Assembly (NCBI GenBank): GCA_023920165.1 | Contig: CP089275.1 | Location: forward strand, 3,906,001-3,970,000 | Direction: 5' to 3' | Origin: Curvularia clavata | Lineage: Eukaryota | DNA length: 64,000 bases | Shown here: one piece after another, positions 1 through 12,200 of the stretch | Layout: every line of letters begins with the position of its first letter | How positions within the stretch are numbered: the first letter of the stretch is position 1 | Notes under the pieces: generated by a model | Seen by the model: the letters and a program-made list of their open reading frames with translations, nothing else | Database searches by the model: none | What the model was told of the DNA's origin: nothing | Position numbers and translations under genes: made by a program

Positions 1-2226
1 CGTCGAGCATGGCAGGACTCTCGTCGCCAGTTAGATAACCCAGTTCGAGGGAGAGATCGCGGATCGAATCTCGGTCTCCCTTGGAAGCCGCAATCAAGAC
101 CTTGATATAAGGTTCAACAAACTTATCAGGATAATCTCTGCTGGCACCAAAGTCGAGAAGTTCAATTTTCTGCGCCTTGGGGTTGTACAGGAAGTTGGTC
201 CAGTTGGGGTCCGTCTGCATGAACTTGAATTCCACAATTTCGCGCAGACAGAGACGGAGGATCTGGGTGCCGATCCAATCGCGTTGGTCTTGGGTGAGAG
301 TCTTAAGCTTTGTAACACCCACGCCTTGCATGAATTCGGCTGTGAGAACTGTAGGACCACTGGCTTCGGTGAAGACCTTGGGAACAGTAAAGACTTCTGT
401 GTCGTCTTGGAGAAGTTCGCGGAAGCGAGTTTGGCATTCCGCCTCGCGCGTGTAGTCGCATTCCCAACCCAGCTCGGTGCGTGCGTTGGCAATGGTTTTA
501 TCCAGGTAGAGACCTTTGGGTAGGAGACGAGATGCTGTAAGGAGGATGGAGAGGTTGCTGAGGTCAGAGTCGATGGAGTTGGCAACGCCAGGATATTGTA
601 CCTTGACAGCCACCGTTTGCCCGGTGGACTTCAGTACAGCTTTATGTACCTGGCCAATTGACGCTGCTGCGATTGGAACGTCTTCAAATGACTCAAAGAG
701 GTCGCGCCAGTTCTCACCAAGGTTACTGCTCAAGACCTTGTTTCTTTGCGAGGCTGGCATGTAGTCGGCACTATCCTGGACTCTCTGAAGAACGTCATGG
801 ATTGCAGGTGGAAGCATTTTGATGTCTTGAAAACTGATCATCTGCCCAAGCTTAAGAGCAGCACCTCGCATGCGTGACAGCTTCGCTACTAGAATCTCTA
901 GATTTCGCTCGCTCAGCATGAGGGAGCCAGTGGTAGATGCAGCGCTACCAGTTGCGCGCCGAAGACCCTCTCCAACAGCCCCAAGAGCCATGCTTGTACC
1001 GAGCCCGGCATACTGCCAAATGCGACCGAACCGTGAAGAAGGGACTCTTGATTCTCGTAAAGCATAGGGTGCCTTCTCCTGCTTCGCTATCTCACCTGGT
1101 GACTACGGTACAACTGTCAGCAAATCAGCATGCTTCAAGTCAATAGAGGGGATTGGCATACCTCAGATATAGCTGCGTTTGCCTGGGCATCCTGAGCAAG
1201 TTGAGACGCAAGTTTCTCCATTTCATTTGAGGAAATGGCTGGCTGTGCTACTCGAGACGACTCTGTTTGCGAAGATGATGGAGTCGACTTCTGCGTTGAG
1301 GCCAAAGGTCGATCATCAAGTGGATGTCTGCCCGCAGGTCGATCGTCTAGAGGATGTCTCTTCACGGGTCGGTCATCAAGTGGATGTCTGCCGCTACTTT
1401 TACGCTCAGCATACTCCTTGCGAGAGAAGGGATCGCTTCCCAGCATCCTCGCAACACGCTTCGAATGGAACACATCGGTATTTATGCCCTCTGGTATCCC
1501 ATCCTCGACCTGCCCAGACGAACTGGTCTTTTGAAACTTGTCGGACTGTGCAGAATCACCCCTCGGCTGCCCCGGAAGCGGTATAGTAGTCTCTGTGGAC
1601 TCCACCGGCTGGAAGCCTTCGTCTCCGTGCCTTGTATGCTCACCGTGATCCTGTGCTAGAGGATCCTTGGGAGCCTCATGTACCGGCCTTTCATTGAATA
1701 CGTCTTTTCCCTTCTCCTCCTGCTCCAGTGTCAACCCATTGCTCGGTATGGTGCCATCTGGCAATGGCGCCCTAGGTGAATCCTTCTGATCTATTTCCAA
1801 TTCCTCTGTAGGCGGTGGCGTATCGGCAGTGTTTTGCTCTGAGCGGTCATAATGGTGGTCCTGCTCTACACCTTCTTTTACATGTCCTGTTGGAGCATGT
1901 TCCTTCCAGACTGTTTCCCTTCTTGGAATATCCTTCGAGTGAGATTTCTGTGATTGCCATGCTTGCTGTGTCCATTGTGCACCTGTTGCTTGGTCTGCTG
2001 CGGCTTTTGCGTACGACGGGGCTTCCTCGCTGAAGCGCTTCGAGAGGGCGATGGCAGCGGCTGCTGTCAGAGTAACGCGGTCCGTTTGATCCTTGACGGC
2101 TTTTCCTAGGGACGACGTCTTGGTGTAAGCGTCCCACTGATTGGATCGAAGCGCGACGTGCTTCTGGGCGACACCTCTAGACGCTTGGAAGAGCTTCGCA
2201 ACATCGACGAACCGCCTTCCTGCCAT
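1..2226 (-). CDS. COQ8: ABC1/COQ8 atypical kinase (ubiquinone biosynthesis); 3' end runs off the window
   Basis: ATG at 2226 (MAGRRFVDVAKLF, mitochondrial presequence-like). Intron 1103-1161 (GTATGC..CTGAC..TAG). Exon 2 reads LRESRVPSSRFGRIWQYAGLG..KLSRMRGAALKLGQ..PIAAASIGQVH..VAVKVQYPG..MQTDPNWTNF, which are ABC1-family motifs. Confidence 0.93.
1307..1396 (-). repeat. 3 x 30-bp coding tandem repeat (xxRHPLDDRP) in the COQ8 N-terminal region
   Basis: Three adjacent imperfect units GGTCGRTCRTCWAGWGGATGTCT..., translating as SGRHPLDDRP VKRHPLDDRP AGRHPLDDRP. Confidence 0.9.
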
Positions 2227-2875
2227 TGCGATAAGATGAATTGGGCTACCTTGTTGCAATACACATGACTTGGTCCGCGTAGGCAGCCTGTGGGCGGTGA
2301 TGTCAATGGCAGTGGTGTGAGTGGTGTATAGAAACCGGCGCAGTAAGCATCATAGTTATGCGCGTCATAACCATCGCAAGCGAAGTTCCCCAGGGCGCAA
2401 ATTGAGCGATTGGCTGGCTCGCCTTGTCGATCAACCCTAGTGGGGCACGACAAGCTGGCCCCCCTTCTCCCTCTCGGGGGCTTCTCTCCACAAACCACCA
2501 GCAGAACTGCATTCCTCACGGAGCTTGGCTGGGGGAGGAAAAGCAGGCACTTGTCTGCATCGTCGGTCTGGGTCATCTGACACTTTAGATTGCCAAGCGG
2601 GTGTGGGCATTACTCATGTACATGCCATCGATATCTGGACAGTTGCTACTTATTGCCCTTGCTATACGGGTGGGTTCTTCACCAGTTTGACAAGGTCTTC
2701 CTTGGCCAGCCAATACTTCGCTTTAGAAGCCTAGTGAAGCAGACACACTCCCCTTAGGGTCCGTCTAGGACGCCCTTCGCGCGTCGCCACCTGCTCATAC
2801 ATCGGCCCTCTCGCCTGTCAGCAACACCTGATAAGAAAAAAATCTCCCAAAACAAAGCCAAGCGACCCAGAAAAG

Positions 2876-3793
2876 ATGAAAGTTGCGTGTCTTCAGTTTG
2901 CCCCGGAGGTAGGCAAAGTGCAGGATAACATCCAACGCGCCGACAGCATATTGAAAGCCACCCAAATACCCACAGACCTAGCCTGGCTCATCCTGCCCGA
3001 ACTCGCCTTCTCTGGCTACAACTTCCACTCGCTCGAGGAGATCAAGCCCTTCCTGGAACCCACGACCTCAGGCATATCCACCCAATGGGCCCAACAGGTC
3101 GCAAAGCACTACAACTGCCATGTCACGGTCGGATATCCAGAAATCACAGTGCCCTCGAAGAATCCAGCGGATACGCAAACACAGTACAACGCTACAGTAA
3201 CCGTATCGCCGTCTGGGGAGATAGTCAACCATTACCGCAAGTCCTTCCTCTACTACACAGACGAAACATGGGCGTCTGAGGGCCCAGGCTCAAACTCGCA
3301 TAACCTTTCCAATCCCGCTTCCCCAGACTCGCCTTTCTTCGCAGGTGAGGTGGGCGGACTGGGCAAAGTTACCCTGGGGATATGTATGGACATTAATCCC
3401 TATAAATTCGTCGCCCCCTGGACAGACTACGAATTCGCTTCAAAAGCACTGTCATCTCAGTCACCCATCATCTGCGTCTCAATGGCTTGGTTGTGCCACC
3501 TTTCGCCGACGGAACTGGCCACTGACCCGTCACAGCCGGATGTGGCGACTGTGGCGTACTGGGTCGAAAGATTTCAGCCTCTAGTTGAAGACAAAAATGG
3601 GAGGCCAGTGTGTGTAATCCTAGCGAATCGATGTGGAATGGAGAAAGGGGTTTGCTATGCGGGTAGCAGTACCGTCTTGCGCATCGAAAACGGCGTGGTC
3701 AGTCTTTATAACACAGCGGGAAAGAGCGAGGAAACCTGTCTTATAGTGGATTTGATGGATCGCCCCAAGTTTCAGGTGAGAAGTGCTCGGTAG
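2876..3793 (+). CDS. NTA1: Protein N-terminal Asn/Gln amidase (nitrilase/carbon-nitrogen hydrolase superfamily)
   Basis: 305-aa ORF with MKVACLQFAP start, LPELAFSGYNF (catalytic E), YRKSFLYYTDETWA (K) and GICMDINPYKF (C). Confidence 0.88.
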   Translation: MKVACLQFAPEVGKVQDNIQRADSILKATQIPTDLAWLILPELAFSGYNFHSLEEIKPFLEPTTSGISTQWAQQVAKHYNCHVTVGYPEITVPSKNPADTQTQYNATVTVSPSGEIVNHYRKSFLYYTDETWASEGPGSNSHNLSNPASPDSPFFAGEVGGLGKVTLGICMDINPYKFVAPWTDYEFASKALSSQSPIICVSMAWLCHLSPTELATDPSQPDVATVAYWVERFQPLVEDKNGRPVCVILANRCGMEKGVCYAGSSTVLRIENGVVSLYNTAGKSEETCLIVDLMDRPKFQVRSAR

Positions 3794-4575
3794 TAGGAGG
3801 GGAGCATGGCTAAGATCGGGTTTCGTAGCCGTGGCATGATTTGGCTGTATCTGACTTCTGCCAAACCAAGGAAGATTCACCCTTGGGCAAAGTGTATATA
3901 CAAATCCTTGTCCATTAGGTAGCAGAAGTACGAATCGACCACTCAGGTACGCTGCGGGAGCTTGTTTGTGATGTTGTGGAGGGAATGGTTGTAGTGGAAA
4001 ATTCAGCAAATTTGTGTGCTGCAAGTACGTCACGAGTATCGTTGGTACATATGACTAATGCTGCAATACCAAACCATATCCTGTTACAGCATCGTCATGA
4101 TCTAAATTGCGGCCCGTTGAGTGTGGACTCGAGCAGCTTTGTTCACTCGCTCTAAGTCGTCTCAGGAATATGTCAGCAAACGGACTCAACCACTCATCAC
4201 TATTGCACAGCCGTTGAGAGTGAGTTACATCACATGATCAAAAGGCCAGTCGTCGTTGTTCATTGCGACCTAGCAAGTGGTTTCATTCGTCACTGCCTAG
4301 TCTAAACCATCATGAATCGATTCCTTTCATGCCCATTTACAGACCCAAAGCGCCATGAATCAGAGGTAGGGAGGTATCCGGTAACGTGAAAAGAGTACCA
4401 CCCACTACATCCCTCGTGTTGCAGACGTACTTCGCTTAGAAGATTGGTCGCTCGGTTCCCGCCATATGCGAAATTCCCAAAGTAGTCGCTCGTTTCGTAC
4501 AGTAATTGGCTTGGTCGAAAGAGGTAGCTGAGAATCGGAAATCGAGTGAGGGATGGCTTGAAGGGGGCGATCCGC

Positions 4576-4909
4576 TTAGATACCGAGACGGGTCTTGCGC
4601 CAGTGTCGTCGCTTGGCGTTGTACCTTGGGGACAAGGTCAGTTTGAGTTCTCACACTTTGTGACCAATCTGCCTTGTGGCATCGCTCACGACTCTGAGAG
4701 CGAAACGAGGGCCTGGGTGTATGCTGCGAGTAAGTCGTACCTGATGGTGTTGCCGGTCCTCAGGCGAATCCACTGAGGGATGGGGCGGTTCTGCTTCTGC
4801 GCTTTGGCAAGCTTCTGCTTGGTGCGGAATGACTTTTGGCTCTGCAAAAATCGTCAATAGGCGTTCCTACATGGCAGCAAGACCGCAGGAGATGATATCA
4901 TACCGGCAT
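4576..4909 (-). CDS. RPL39: 60S ribosomal protein L39 (3 exons; missed by the ORF track)
   Basis: Spliced translation [51 protein letters not shown]. Introns about 4842-4903 and 4625-4740. Confidence 0.96.
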
Positions 4910-6593
4910 CTTGACTGCTTGTTGTGAGTAGTCGGATGTCGAAGAAGTTGTCGTTGTCGTGGAAAAGCGAATTTCAGGCTGTTAGCCGAGCTCCATGGTG
5001 CGCTGCCAAGCGGCAAAGGACGCTAGACTCAATTAGATAACCAAGTGTTACTAGCGCGGCTGCCCTAAACCATCACCCCAACCTTCTGCGCTCTGCTTAA
5101 TCACATTGCTGTAACAATTGCCTTGCAAATCAGACAACATATTACTCAAGAGCTTTTTTTCAAATGTGAGTGGTCTGGATTGGAAGGCAGATACACTTTT
5201 GGGAAACCTGATCAGCTTAGTAACACTGTGGTTGTTTGAGCAGTCACCAACTGGCAGTCTGAGTATGCAATTAGCTCAACACAGTGTTCAGTGCAGTAGT
5301 GACAGTCTTAGTCTTTTGTCTGGTGAGACCATAGTCAATCGTATAAAGTTATGGCGCAAAGATGTTGCACTCCGCAAGCGACGTGGCCATAGCAAATTTA
5401 ATCTGGGGTAACCTACACACAACATGTCGCAAACATACAAGACTGACGGGCCCAAATTACGTTTGAGACTCAGCCCCAGAGTTGCCTTTACTCACGTGCA
5501 TACTGCGTATCGCGACTTTGTATTTGTCAAAGTTGCACAAGATATCTGGACCCACTTTGTTTTGCAGCATGCCCAGCCAACCACAGTCACCCTGATCCAA
5601 TTTCCCGCCACGATGCCTTGCCAATATGCCAAGTTTCCTGGCCGTCAAGAAATATTCAATTTTGTTTGTCGACGAAGAGCGCGACCTTACAGTAATATAT
5701 ACCACTTTAGATGCTGATCGATTACATGTTCCAAGCCAAATATTAGACAAAGGACCTGACTAGGACGCCAGAACAAACAACAGAGTATACTGTGTAGGTA
5801 TAGCCGGGAATAAGAGCAGGGTACACTGTGGCACCATGTACTCTACTCTAGAAGACATCCTGTCATCCATCTGGACCCTTGTTTCACATAGCGCCTGTAT
5901 GATCCCCTGCCGAGGCGTTCGGGGAAGGGCATGAAACCTTGAAGATGCGGCCTCGAAGACAGAGGGTAGTATTTTGCGCCGGTCAGGGTGGAGTGCTTGC
6001 AGAAGGGCCGGGAGAAGCCGTCCCAACAGCCTATAACGCCAAGATCAATAACAGAGCGAGGTAACTGCGTGAAACACATGCGACGAACCTTTTGTCAGAA
6101 ACTGATGGCGATCTCGGCTCTTCCACTCCAGATCAAGTAGCGCGAGCTATGGCCGCAGCTAAAGTGGATGCACCTGCAGCTGTTTAGCGGACTAAGGCCA
6201 TGTCGATCCCGCTCTGGATGAAAGACCCTCTTGTTTCGGACATCCTCGTCGTCGCATTCTGCCGCACCCCGGCCGTATTGCGGTTCTCCACGCCCTCTGG
6301 CCCTCTGCTCCCAGCGATCGCCTCGTTGCACCACTACCGCTGCATATCGCTCGTCGGCTTAAACTATGTCCTCCTAGTACACCCACTTATCTACTCCTAT
6401 CCGACTCCTCCCCTCATTACGAACTATCCTCGCCATCCCGGTCCACCATCGCGATAAGAAAAGTTCATTCGCGTTTGGCTTCGTACTGTCGCGTTGACGC
6501 GCAAAAGTTGAATTCAAGACATTGATATTTCTGTCCAAGGCAATCCTATACAATTCGTCGCGTCCGCATTCTTTCTCCATCACAATCACCATC

Positions 6594-8406
6594 ATGACTG
6601 ACTACGGTTCCACCCCGCCGCCTCAGTCGCCCTCTTTCCCTCGCTCGTCGAGCGTGCCTCGTCTTGCCAACTCCAAACTCTTTTCGCCTATCCAAAATGA
6701 CGCCTCCACCATATCTACGCGTGGTCACCATCTGCCCTCGCTACTACAAAGCACGCGTCGGCCATCTACCATCCGTAGCAGCGAGCGCCGGGGTAGCGAG
6801 ACAGACGACGAGGATCTGGACGCATACAGACATGGACTCATGATGTCTTATGACCGGGACTCGGACCGAAGGAGTAGCATGGGCGCTCACATCTTGAACA
6901 CCCCCCAGATGCGGAGCCAACGGCTGATTGGCAATTCCAATCCCAGATACAAATGGGAGAAGTACTACAAAAGCGATGAGGAACTCAAACGCATGAAGAA
7001 GCCAATACGCGAATACTACGAGCGCAACAACCAGCTGATTCAGAACTACTTGTACATTGATCGTCTTCTGGACTCTTCGCTACCACACAACCTCATTCAA
7101 GAGTACACCAACCTGGAATCGGGCGCGGTTAAGATCCCCACTACAATCACAGAGGAGTCTTCGTCTGTAGGAACGCCAGTCGCTGATGGACCCAACTCTG
7201 GCACAACCACTCCTGGGCTCTCCAGCGAGGGTAGGAGCGCTTCTTCTGGAAGCCTCAGCAACGGCAATGGCAACGGCGTGCCTAAGCCAATGGTCAAGCG
7301 CACTCCTAAGAATCTCTACAAAGTTCCCGAGGTGGACGAGAACACGCCGCTCCTCTCGCACGAGAACGCGATCGAAGACGAGGGGGACCTCGAGGCGGCC
7401 AAGTCGAAGCTCATGGACTGGGTGCCAGAAGAAGACGAAGACACTGAAAGTCCCATTGTTAAACTGGCCCTATACGTCAACCTTAGCGCAAACACTGCTC
7501 TACTCATCCTGAAGATCGTCGTCACAATCATGACATCGTCTCTTTCCGTCGTCGCCAGTTTAGTCGATGCTGCCCTTGACTTCCTCTCCACTGCTATCGT
7601 CTGGATTACATCCTGGATGATTGCGCGTCAGGATCGCTACGCGTACCCCGTTGGCCGCAGGCGACTCGAACCCATCGGCGTCTTGATCTTCTCCGTCATC
7701 ATGATGACCTCCTTCTTCCAGGTCGGTATCGAGGGTATCTCACGACTGACTGGATCCGACCATACGGTTGTCCAACTGGGTGTTCCCGCCGTAGCCATCA
7801 TGGCCTCGACCGTCGTAATCAAGGGTCTCTGCTGGCTTTGGTGCCGCTTGATTCGCAACTCCAGCGTACAGGCACTGGCTCAAGACGCCATGACCGACGT
7901 CGTCTTCAATACCTTTTCCATCTTCTTCCCTCTTGTCGGTTACTTCGCAAACATCTGGTGGCTCGATGCTCTCGGTGGTATCCTTCTGTCTGCATACGTC
8001 ATTATCAACTGGGGCGCCACATCTGCAGAGCACGTCCGCAACTTGACCGGTGCCAGCGCAACCGCCGACGAAAGAAACATCTTGCTGTACATGACCATGC
8101 GCTTTGCGAAGAGCATCAAGCGAATCCAAGGTCTGCAGGCATACCATGCTGGTGACAAGCTCAACGTCGAGGTGGACATTGTGGTCGATGAGCATCTCAG
8201 TCTGAGGGACAGCCACGATCTCGGCGAGAGCTTGCAGTACGTGCTTGGTAAGTTATTCACCTCTTGTCTTTGAAAACCCTTGGCTGGGTAAGAATTCACA
8301 TGACTAACTGTTTTCATTAGAAAGCGTTCCCTACGTCGACCGCGCCTTCGTCCACATCGACTACACAGATTACAACTTCCCAACACACATGTCGCAGCAG
8401 GAGTAG
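6594..8406 (+). CDS. Cation diffusion facilitator, Mn-CDF (MTP8/11-like) group
   Basis: SLVDAALDFLS, YPVGRRRLEPIG, ALAQDAMTD, HDLGESLQ motifs. Intron 8248-8320, then ESVPYVDRAFVHIDY..*. Confidence 0.9.
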
Positions 8407-8682
8407 AAAGAAAGAAACTTACATATACACCATCTACTACAAAACCGTTCCAGGAGTCACTGACTTCTTGAGTAAAGCACCTTTCCCGCTTTCGTCGCTT
8501 TTTCTTCTTCTCTCAGTTACAAAGACCCATTTCGGTATCTATCCACCTCTATTGCCTCGGGAGGGATTCGTAACAGCAACAAAAAGAAACATCTATGCCT
8601 AAGTGCAGTGTACAATAGTAGCAGCAAGTTGGCTGAAGCCATCTGTACAAAGAAAAGTAGAAAAAAATATCAGCCTTCATTT

Positions 8683-8702
8683 CTCTCTCTCTCTCTCTCT
8701 CT
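8683..8702. repeat. (CT)10 microsatellite followed by T tracts
   Basis: Read directly from the sequence. Confidence 0.9.
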
Positions 8703-9266
8703 TTTTGTTTTTTGTTTTTTTTTTGTTAAAAAAACGTGTAGTCTCGATACATACACTTGCCATAAACAATCTTACTCACAAGACACTCAGACGATGAAGA
8801 CGAGGGAGTTAAGTTTCCATGTTACTATGTGTACTGTAGCTGTATACAGCTACCGATGCTAGAAGGACTTTACGTATTTGTATGCATGTATATCCGCCGC
8901 AAAAACCGACAACAACATAATCTCTCAAAAACATTCCATTCTCTAGCAGTGTGCCCTGCACAGCATCATCAAAGGCGTAAGCGAGATAAGACATTGCGAG
9001 TGTATGCATGTGTGCTCATATAACTCTTTTGTTTATTGGGAATCAAAAATGATAATAATATGAAGAAGAACAAAATGATCCAAACAACAACAGCAACAAC
9101 AAGAAAGGTAAAGTATCTGAACAATCAACATTGTCATCTACAAGTTTGGACAAATGAAACGAATAACCATAGGTAAGTTGGAGAAAGAAAAAGGTACGCT
9201 GAGCCTGGAGGGGACAAAAAGATGCCAAACCCGTGTTTTGAGAAGAGAAACGCAACTCAGTTAAGA

Positions 9267-12200
9267 TTATCGCTGCCATGGGCCACGATCCCCTGGGTGC
9301 CGAGGCACTCCAGATACCCAGTCACTTGGTCCCGCAGGGGGAAGACGTTGATCTGGCAATGAACCTGGTCCTGAACCAGGTGGTGGTGGCACGCCTCTAG
9401 CGTGACTGGCCCTCATGAAGCTGTCTCTGTGATGCGCGTCGCGAGCTTCACGCTCACGCATATCACGCTCCCTCATATCCCGTTCCCTCATGTCTCGCCC
9501 AGCTTCTCTTCTCATGTGTTCATCCCGGTTTTGCATCGCCGCTTGATGCTGCGCTTGCGCTTGCGCCTGCTCCTCACGGAGACGCTCCGTCATGCTCCGG
9601 TCCCGAGGGTTGCGCATAAAATGATGTGGTGGCTCTTCAGGAGGGCGTTGCCCGTACAGCGAATGGTTGGCCACACCGAGCGACGAGTGAGGTGGATGCT
9701 GCAGAGGCGGAGGCTGGCTGTGCTCAGATCTCGAGAGGGGTGTCTGAGTCTGAGACCTCTGAGCAAGATAGCCTCGGTCTTGAGACTGGTACCGTAGGTC
9801 TTCGTGCATCGGCGGGCCTGACGAACGCATTGCAGCACTGGAAAGTTGTTCACGCAGATAGTCAGTTCTTTGAGAGAGCTCACGGCTCGTGTCGCGATCC
9901 GATAATTGACGATGGTCCATATCGTGGGCATCCCGGGGATCGCGAGGGCGGTAGGGTTCAGTTAGTCTGTTCAGGCCTTGGAAAGGATGTTGTCCATGAT
10001 GCTCGTTAGGTGTTTGAGGATTCGAGTAAGACATGCTCGTATTTGATGTCTGCGAATGCTCGTTGCGCGCGGCCGACTCTCTCTGTTGCACTACATGGTT
10101 TGCTTGCAAGCGCGGACTGGGTCGCATACCCATTGGGCCAGATGGTGGCACACCATTGCCTGGTGGATCTACCTGAGCGTATGGGTTGGGCTGCAGAATC
10201 TGTGCAGATTGTGCAGAGGCATTCATTGCTTGTGCATGCTGCGCCGTACTTGTGCCCGGCATGGTATGTCGGGACATTGATCCTGGAGGTCCACTTATGC
10301 TTGAAGTACGTGAATGCGGATTGGGTGAATTGCTGTATCCAGTAAGAGGAGGCGGAGTTGCGTTTTGACGGGGGGTGTTGTGCTGAGCGAAGACCGACCG
10401 ATGATTGAACATCCTATCGTTGGCAGGAGGTGGCTGAGGTAGTCCAGACTGTGAAGATGGAATAGGCGTTAGCTGCGGAGTCTGGGCCATCCCTGGATGA
10501 TACGGCTGCCGAGTTTGCCAGCTTTCGCGCATGCTTGATCTGCTTGTTGATGGCTTGTCATCTGTAAGGTCAATCGGCCTGTTTGGTGTTGCGGCAGGAA
10601 GCGAGGATTGCTGAGCATATGACTGACGACTGTATGGAGGCTGCACAGCAATTGGGTCTTCATATAACGGCCGTCTTGACGCCGATGGATAGCTCTGGGT
10701 TGTCGGAGGAGGAGGAGCGATCGGTGCTGACTGTTGTGGAGTAGAGCTATGCGATGGCGGACCTTGTTCGCTCGGCTTCTTACGTCTGGGCTCTTCTGGA
10801 TCTGTGTCATTCAGCAGTGACATGAGATTTGACTTGCGTGGTTCGGCCGCAGGCTTGGGTACAACAGGGGGTGGGGTGTTGTGCATAGGTGGCTGGCTAC
10901 GCTGTGGGTGCTGCATCTGTGAATGTAGCAATGGTTGAGGCTGAGCAGGAGGGATCGCTGAAGGAGTCATGTTCCTAGGCTCTTCTTTGACAGGCGGCGT
11001 GAGAATTGTCGAGCGAGGCGGCAGCTGCTGACCAATATGGCTGGTGCTCGAACCCGGAGAGAACGCTTCGGCAGTAGTTTGATTAAGCGACTGCGCTTGC
11101 GATGGATGCCGAGAGTGCGAGTATGGCAAGGGGCGGTGTTCTGGAGATCTGACGACCGAGTTTGAACGTACTGGCGCCATAATTGGTGGCGCACCGCTAG
11201 GAGCAAAAGGTCTGTGTTGTGGCACCTCTTGGGATATCCGACGGACATGTTGCTCATGAATCCTGCGCTGAATCTCCTGATCCTGTGGGAGCTCAGATCT
11301 GCCAGCAGTTTCTCGATCTGGGTAATGGAGTCCACGGTAAACAGGGGATTGGTGCTGCTCCTGGACACGCGGCTGGGGAGTCGCGTGTTGCTGCAGTGGT
11401 CGATGTGTCTGTTGACTGCCTGCTGGCTGCGAAGGTGGCCGGCTCTCATAACGCGGAGGTAGGTCATCTGAGAAATACCCTGCTCGAGGCCCTTGTGGCT
11501 GGGGCTTCGATTGCGACATAGAATGCTGGTGGTGGTGGTGATGATGGTGTTGCTGTTGTGGTTGTTGCTGAGGCTGGACACGCTGAGATGGAGCGGGTGG
11601 TGACTGCTGTGGTGGTATCGAAGGTACAGACGGAAGACTAGTCTCCGGTAGGGTAGGGAATCCCGAAGTTGGCACCAGTGGCTTGCTCTGCATGGGCCCT
11701 TGGGCAATGGTAGGGAACCTTGAAGCGGGATTTGGATGCGGTGGAGAAGCCTTGGGTAGCGCAAGCGGGTTTGGAGGTGGAGAAGCGTGCTCAGGCGTTG
11801 GTGCGATGGGACGGACCGGTGCCGCCTGTGTACTCTCGTATCGTCTCTTGGGTGCCGGAGTTGGCGTAGGCGGTGGCCCAAGATCTTCACCTCGATCCCT
11901 TCGTGCATCCGCCTCTTTTGCGACTTGCTCCAAGTCCAGCTTGCCACTTTCCACAAGGCGGAGGTACTGATTCTTGATCATAGTATGGGTCTTGGTACCC
12001 ATATGATTTGCGATTGCAATCCAGTCCGTGCCAAAATGTGCAACATTCTTATCAAAATCCTGTAACTCTGAGACAGACCAATAACTGGACGGTCCAGGTC
12101 TTGCACCAGGCTGAGCCTTGGGACGGTCCATGAGGCTACCTGGCATACCAGGAAGCTGTTGCATGTCGCTAGACATGACAACCTGTTCCTCCATAGGCAT

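Noticed and set aside
4161..4200. Minus-strand GTGATGA followed by CTGA motifs, resembling a box C/D snoRNA
   Set aside because: Spacing is too short, there is no terminal stem or recognisable rRNA guide, and such short motifs occur by chance. An Rfam/snoscan search would be needed.
5062..5068. GCCCTAA (Tbf1-like) motif upstream of RPL39
   Set aside because: A single 7-mer cannot be distinguished from chance without other ribosomal protein promoters
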